A DNA stretch of 64,000 nucleotides, taken from positions 1,152,001 through 1,216,000 of the forward strand of contig CBDBLV010000005.1 of NCBI GenBank assembly GCA_965207225.1. Reading direction: 5' to 3'. This stretch comes from Dehalococcoidia bacterium. GTDB lineage: Bacteria; Chloroflexota; Dehalococcoidia; Plut-88900. Position numbers and translations under genes: made by a program. The notes under the pieces are model-generated. The model saw only the letters and a list, made by a program, of their open reading frames with translations. It searched no databases and had not been told where the DNA came from. Numbering within the stretch: the first letter of the stretch is position 1; the number at the start of each line of letters is the position of its first letter. Positions 58,720 through 64,000 of the stretch are shown here, one piece after another.

Positions 58720-59880
58720 ATGAAGAAACCGAACTGGCAGTATTTCGAGTTGGAGGAGTACCAGCGGAGGCTGGATGCTCTGAGGGGTCGGATGGAGGGG
58801 TTGGGTGTGGACGCGGTGCTCATCAACACCCCCGAGAACCTCTACTACCTTTCGGGATACCAGACCCCTGGGTACTACTGGTGGCAGACGCTGGTCGTGC
58901 CGATGGACCGGGAGCCGGTTTCGGTGACACGCCGGGTGGAAGATTCGAACATGCGGGAGCTGGGGTGGGTGGAAGATAGGCGGCCCTATGAAGATTACGA
59001 AGACTGGGTCGAGAAGACCCGGGACGTGCTGGTGGACCTGGGGCTTGGGGGGAAGACCATCGGGATGGAGTTGGGCAGCTTCTTCCTGCCAGCGAGGGAC
59101 TATCTGAAGCTGCAAACGCTGATGCCCGGCGCCCGGTTTGTCGACAGCACGGGACTTGTGGAGGCCGGACGGCTTATCAAGTCCCCTCAGGAGATTGAGT
59201 ACATGTGGCAGGCGGCCCGGGCGGCGGAGGCGGCAACACTGGCAGGTATCGAGGCGGTGAGACTCGGGGCAACGGAGAACGACGTGGCAGCGGAGATGCA
59301 CCTGGCACAGATCAAGGCCGGCAGCGAGTACACGGGCCTACCGATGTTCATAGCGTCGGGGGTGAGGTCTACGATGACCCACGCCACCTGGTACCGGAGA
59401 CCCTTGGAGAAGGACGAGGTGGTCTTCTTCGAGGTGCCGGGGTGCATAAACCGCTACCACGCAGCGATGATGCGAGAGGTCTACATTGGGGACCCGCCGG
59501 AGTGGATGTCACGAGGGATGGACGTGGTGACCGACACCCTTGCAAAAGCCAAAGAGAAGATCAAGCCGGGGGTCGTGGCTGGGGAATTGTTCGAAGAGAT
59601 CAAGGGGATGCTGGACTCGGCGGAGCTGGGGGCCAAGCTGGAGCGTCGGGCGGCGTACTCCATAGGCATAGCATTCGCGCCCGACTGGGGCGAGGGCCAT
59701 ATACTGAGCATAATGAGGGGCGAGGAGCGGACTCTCCAGCCGGGGATGACCTTCCACCTGATCCCCGGGGTCCGGGTGGTGGGGCTGGGGGGCATCCTGT
59801 GCAGCGACACGGTGCTTGTCACGGAGGACGGGTGTGAGACGTTGACGAGTGGGGTGGAGCAGAAGCTGTTTGTGAAGTGA
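58720..59880 (+). CDS. M24-fold DoeA/EutD-like protein, copy 2
   Basis: Same motifs; ends QKLFVK. Confidence 0.8.
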   Translation: MKKPNWQYFELEEYQRRLDALRGRMEGLGVDAVLINTPENLYYLSGYQTPGYYWWQTLVVPMDREPVSVTRRVEDSNMRELGWVEDRRPYEDYEDWVEKTRDVLVDLGLGGKTIGMELGSFFLPARDYLKLQTLMPGARFVDSTGLVEAGRLIKSPQEIEYMWQAARAAEAATLAGIEAVRLGATENDVAAEMHLAQIKAGSEYTGLPMFIASGVRSTMTHATWYRRPLEKDEVVFFEVPGCINRYHAAMMREVYIGDPPEWMSRGMDVVTDTLAKAKEKIKPGVVAGELFEEIKGMLDSAELGAKLERRAAYSIGIAFAPDWGEGHILSIMRGEERTLQPGMTFHLIPGVRVVGLGGILCSDTVLVTEDGCETLTSGVEQKLFVK

Positions 59881-60010
59881 GGGTAAGCGAGACGGAATGG
59901 CGGGAGTGAACCCCGCCCCCGCTCGACCCTTCGACTCCGCTCAGGATGAGCGGCCCCGCCGCCCCAGAGAAAATATACAGGAGTTATCTGTAAACGGGTA
60001 AGGAGTGAAG

Positions 60011-61186
60011 ATGAGAAAACCGAAGTATCAGTTCTTCACGCTGGAGGAGTACCAAGCTCGGCTGGACGCACTTAGGGGTCGGATGGAGCAGCGGGGGATC
60101 GACGTTTTGCTGGTGAACTCGCCGGAGAACCTCTACTACATCTCGGGGTACCAGACGCCAGGTTACTACTGGTACCAGACTCTGATCGTGGGGCTGGACA
60201 GGGAGCCGACCTTCGTGACGCGGCTAAACGAGGCTTCCAACATCGAACCCTTCTCCTGGGTGGAGGACAGCCGTCCATACGAAGACCACGAGGACTGGAT
60301 TGATCACACGCGGGTTGCGCTGGTAGACCTGGGACTGGCGGACAAGCGGGTCGGGCTGCAGTACGATTCATTCTTCCTGACCTCAAGGGACGAGAAGAGG
60401 CTGACGGCGGCGCTGTCCGATGCGACGTTCGTGGATGGGTCGGGGTTGGTGGAGGAGGGGCGGATGGTCAAGTCGGAGCAAGAGATCGAATATATCCGGC
60501 AGGCGGCGAGGACGGCGGAGGCGGGGCTGAGGGCGGGGATCGAAGCGTGCGCGGTCGGGGTGACGGAGAACGACGTAGCGGCGGAGATTCACCGGGCCCA
60601 GATAGCAGCGGGCAGCGAGTACACGGGCCTGCCCATATTCATCAGGACGGGGTCTCGAGACCTGATGACCCACTCGACCTGGTATCGCAACACCCTGCAA
60701 GCCGGAGAGAGCGTTACCATCGAGATGCCAGGATGCATCAACCGGTATCACGCGGCGACGTACCAGCAAATATATCTCGGGGACCCGCCGGAACTGCTGT
60801 TGAGGGCGCGGGAGGTAGGGGCAAAGGTGATGGCTGAGGCGAAGTCGGCGATAAGGCCTGGGGTGCCAGCCGGGGACATTCACAGGCTGGTTCAGGACAG
60901 TTTGGAGGAGGCGATGGGTGTCGGGAGCAAGCGGAACAGTCGGGCGGCGTACTCTATAGGCATCGCCTTTGCGCCCGACTGGGGGGAGGGGCACATCATC
61001 AGCATGACAGAGGGCGAGACACGGCCGCTGCAGGTCGGTATGACCTTCCACCTGTTGGCGGGCCACGTGGCCCTGCAGGGCCTGGACGGGGTGAAGAGGG
61101 CTGTGAACAGCGACACGATACTGGTAACGGAAGAGGGCTGTGAAACGCTAACGGACGGGTTGGAGCACAGGTTGTGGGTGAAGTAG
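60011..61186 (+). CDS. M24-fold DoeA/EutD-like protein, copy 3
   Basis: Same motifs; FTLEEYQARL. Confidence 0.8.
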   Translation: MRKPKYQFFTLEEYQARLDALRGRMEQRGIDVLLVNSPENLYYISGYQTPGYYWYQTLIVGLDREPTFVTRLNEASNIEPFSWVEDSRPYEDHEDWIDHTRVALVDLGLADKRVGLQYDSFFLTSRDEKRLTAALSDATFVDGSGLVEEGRMVKSEQEIEYIRQAARTAEAGLRAGIEACAVGVTENDVAAEIHRAQIAAGSEYTGLPIFIRTGSRDLMTHSTWYRNTLQAGESVTIEMPGCINRYHAATYQQIYLGDPPELLLRAREVGAKVMAEAKSAIRPGVPAGDIHRLVQDSLEEAMGVGSKRNSRAAYSIGIAFAPDWGEGHIISMTEGETRPLQVGMTFHLLAGHVALQGLDGVKRAVNSDTILVTEEGCETLTDGLEHRLWVK

Positions 61187-61204
61187 GAACCTGGAGGTGA
61201 CACC

Positions 61205-62203
61205 ATGAAATTCGGGATTATGCTGCCGCATTCAGGGGCGCTGGCGGAGGTGGAAGCTATCAGGCGCGTGGCGCTGGAGGCCGACGATTTGGGCTTCGAC
61301 TCCGTATGGTGCCACGACCACGTGACCTACGATACAGACTGGTTCCTGCACCGGGGTTCGGGGTTGATTGAGCAGTGCGAGGGTATCGAGCCACATTTCT
61401 ACGAGTCGATAAACACGCTGACCTGGGTGGCTGGGATGACGCAGAACGTGAAGCTGGGGACGGCGATACTCGTGCTGCCTCTGCGGGACCCCCGGGTGCT
61501 GGCCCGGCAGGCGATGACGTTGCAGTCACTGTCGGGTGGGAGGCTGATGCTGGGGGTCGGGATCGGGGACTACCCGATCGATTTCCGGGTGATGCAAATC
61601 CCCTACGACGAAAAGAACCGCATCACCGACGAGTACATAGACGTACTGAACGCGGCGTTCCAGGGCGGACACGTCGACTTCCAGGGGCCGAACATCTCGT
61701 TTGAGAATGCATCGTACTTCCCGAGAACGGAGCCCAAGGTGCCGGTCCTATACGGGGGTGGGGTGGTGTACCCGCGCCCGACGCGCCAGCCGAAACTCTA
61801 TGAACCGGCCATTCGGCGCATAGCCCAACGGTGCGACGGGTGGATACCTGAGGGGCCGCCCCATGTGATGGCGGAGGGTATCAAGCGGATCCGGGAGCTG
61901 GCGGCGGAGGCGGGGAGGGGGGACGTCGACTTCCAGGTGACGGGGTACATCCCGCTTTACATAGACCAGGACTCGGCGGCGCAGGCGATGACCAGAAAGA
62001 CATTGGTAACGGAGATCCACACCTTTGAAGAGGGGTTGGCAGGGTCCCTGGTGGGGTCGGTGGGGCGGATATGCAAGGTGATCGAGTCTTACCAGGAGGC
62101 GGGTGTCAATGGGTTGGGGATGCGGTGCTGGGCAGAAAACTTGCCGAGGTTCGTGGCGATGATGAGGACGTTTGCGCGGGAGGTTATGCCTCGGTTTGCG
62201 TGA
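61205..62203 (+). CDS. LLM-class (luciferase-like) flavin/F420 oxidoreductase
   Basis: MKFGIMLP, GFDSVWCHDH, VKLGTAILVLPLRDP, SGGRLMLGVGIG, CDGWIP. Confidence 0.9.
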   Translation: MKFGIMLPHSGALAEVEAIRRVALEADDLGFDSVWCHDHVTYDTDWFLHRGSGLIEQCEGIEPHFYESINTLTWVAGMTQNVKLGTAILVLPLRDPRVLARQAMTLQSLSGGRLMLGVGIGDYPIDFRVMQIPYDEKNRITDEYIDVLNAAFQGGHVDFQGPNISFENASYFPRTEPKVPVLYGGGVVYPRPTRQPKLYEPAIRRIAQRCDGWIPEGPPHVMAEGIKRIRELAAEAGRGDVDFQVTGYIPLYIDQDSAAQAMTRKTLVTEIHTFEEGLAGSLVGSVGRICKVIESYQEAGVNGLGMRCWAENLPRFVAMMRTFAREVMPRFA

Positions 62204-62306
62204 GGGTCTGGGTTAACCCTCACCCCAGCCCTCTCTCGTAGAGGGAAATGCGGTTGGCCTTCTCCCCAGATTCCTCGCGGAGCCTCGGAATGACCGTTCG
62301 ATGGAG

Positions 62307-63467
62307 TTAACCGACGGTGGGGGCGGGAATGGTGAGATTGTAGAGGGCCAAAGCGTTTTCGCCGAGGATTTTGCGTTGGTCTGCTTCGGGGAGGTCTGAG
62401 ATGTGGGACTTGACCTTGCTGACGGGGTCGGTGTGGCCCTCGGGGTGGGGCCAGTCGGAGCCCCAGAGGAAGCGGTCGGTCCCGACTATGGGGGCGATGG
62501 CGCCCAGGGCTTTCTCGGTGGGTTCGGCACTGATCCAGCACTGGCGCTTGAAGTATTCGCTGGGCTTCATAGTGAGGATGGACTCGTGTCCGAAGCGGGA
62601 GAACTTGAAGTCGAGGAAGTCGAGCCAGTGGGCGATCCACGTGCAGCCGATCTCGACCATGGAGATGCGCAGCTCGGGGAACTTTTCGAAGACGCCCTCA
62701 GTCATCATGTTGGTGAAGGAGAGGAAGGGGTCGCCGAAGACCATGGACTCTACGAAGAAGTCGGGGCCGAGGCCCGGGTAGTCGGGGTAGAGGTGCTTGC
62801 CGATGTAGTCGGGGTTGAAGATGACGTGCAGGGTGACGGGCATGTCCAGCTCCTGGGCGGCGGCCCAGAATGGATCGTAGTAGGAGTCCCCGTACTTGAT
62901 GCCGTTCACGGGCGCTGGGCAGATGAAGGCGCCTTTCATACCGTCCCTAGCGGCGCGGTACAGCTCCGAGACGCCAAGCTCGACCTCCCTGACCGAGACG
63001 TGGGCCACGGGGTAGAGCTGGTCTGAGTGGTCCTTGCAGAACTCGACGAGCCAGCGGTTGTAGGCCCGGCAGTAGGCGTCGGAGATTTCGGCGTCTTTAC
63101 ACTCGGCCTCCCAGCCCAGGCCGAGGCTGGGGAAGAGGAAGGTCTTGTCGACGCCCTCCCTGGCCAGGTGCTTGATCCGTTCTTCGGGGTAGGCGGCGCC
63201 CGGGGCAAGGTTGGCGGCCTCGGCGTAGGGGAGGGGGAAGGTCCCCCTGACCCACTCGGGGTCCTTTTCGACGCCGGCGATACGGCCCAGGGCCCCGCCG
63301 TTGTAACCGCTGCTCATCTTGCCGTCGATGTCCAGGTATTCAAGGCCCTGGTCGTCTGCGTTGATGAACATGGCGCGGGATCGGTAGGCGGGGTCGATGT
63401 AATCACGCCACATGTTGGCGGGTTCAACGATGTGGCTGTCGGAGTCTACGACTGTTCCTCGTGACAT
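62307..63467 (-). CDS. Amidohydrolase_2 family protein
   Basis: DSDSHIVEP, LHV, EIGCTW, WGSDWPHPEG. Confidence 0.9.
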   Translation of the reverse strand: MSRGTVVDSDSHIVEPANMWRDYIDPAYRSRAMFINADDQGLEYLDIDGKMSSGYNGGALGRIAGVEKDPEWVRGTFPLPYAEAANLAPGAAYPEERIKHLAREGVDKTFLFPSLGLGWEAECKDAEISDAYCRAYNRWLVEFCKDHSDQLYPVAHVSVREVELGVSELYRAARDGMKGAFICPAPVNGIKYGDSYYDPFWAAAQELDMPVTLHVIFNPDYIGKHLYPDYPGLGPDFFVESMVFGDPFLSFTNMMTEGVFEKFPELRISMVEIGCTWIAHWLDFLDFKFSRFGHESILTMKPSEYFKRQCWISAEPTEKALGAIAPIVGTDRFLWGSDWPHPEGHTDPVSKVKSHISDLPEADQRKILGENALALYNLTIPAPTVG

Positions 63468-63485
63468 GGCAGATGCTCCTTCCGG

Positions 63486-64000
63486 CTAGCCAACTGCGGG
63501 GGCCGGCACGTTCAGGCCGTACATGGCGAGGGCATTTTCGCCCAGTATCTTGTTCTGGTCGGCTTCAGGGAGGGTGGAGATGTTGGACTTTACCTTGTTG
63601 AGTGGGTCGGTGTGGCCCTCGGGGTGGGGCCAGTCTGAGCCCCACATCAGGCGGTCGGCCCCGACCATCTGGGCCACGGCCCCAATACCCTTCTCCACGG
63701 GCTCGGCGCTGACCCAGACCTGGCGGCGGAAATATTCGCTGGGGGTCATGGTGTGAGGCATGTCGAAGCTGAATCGGTCGGTCTTGAAGTCCATCATGTC
63801 GAGCCAGTGGAGCAGCCACGTGCAGCCGATTTCGACCATGGCGAGCTTGAGTCGTGGAAACTTTTCGAAGGTGCCGTCGCCCATCATGCAGGTGAAGCTG
63901 ATGAGGGGGTCGGCGAAGGTCATCACGTTGTTGAAGAAGACAGGCCCGAGGCCGGTCTCGTCTTCGGGGTAGGAGTTGCGGCCGGGGTAGTCGGGGTTCA
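63486..64000 (-). CDS. Amidohydrolase_2 family protein (5' part outside the window)
   Basis: Paralog of the downstream gene (EIGCTW, WGSDWPHPEGHTDP); frame continues to the window edge. Confidence 0.88.
   Translation of the reverse strand, partial: NPDYPGRNSYPEDETGLGPVFFNNVMTFADPLISFTCMMGDGTFEKFPRLKLAMVEIGCTWLLHWLDMMDFKTDRFSFDMPHTMTPSEYFRRQVWVSAEPVEKGIGAVAQMVGADRLMWGSDWPHPEGHTDPLNKVKSNISTLPEADQNKILGENALAMYGLNVPAPAVG

Overview
A 64-kb GC-rich bacterial chromosomal window with about 65 CDSs and no rRNA, tRNA or CRISPR array that I can see. Gene content (LLM oxidoreductase, many amidohydrolases and CaiB CoA-transferases, DUF3090/SCO1664, DUF951, tandem paralogs) suggests Chloroflexota, Dehalococcoidia/SAR202-like; this is an inference. 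Housekeeping genes (tupABC, sfsA, pyrF, hflKC, gdhA, gatCA, mscS) are interleaved with tandemly amplified catabolic genes. Highlights: (1) three tandem genes each encoding two fused ectoine-synthase (EctC) domains without ectAB, plus three tandem M20 deacylases with a remodelled metal site and three tandem DoeA/EutD ectoine-hydrolase homologs, together a candidate 3+3+3 catabolic toolkit for ectoine-like cyclic amidines; (2) two tandem peroxiredoxin genes missed by the ORF track, each with an in-frame TGA at the peroxidatic Cys position and a shared downstream hairpin (probable selenoproteins); (3) a TusA / DsrE / TusA-MetE fusion / hydrolase operon; (4) a ~465-nt highly structured intergenic element with a long closing helix and an internal duplication; (5) several REP-like repeat families, one with an intact IS481 in its hairpin loop. 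All calls come from motif recognition by eye; no database searches were run.
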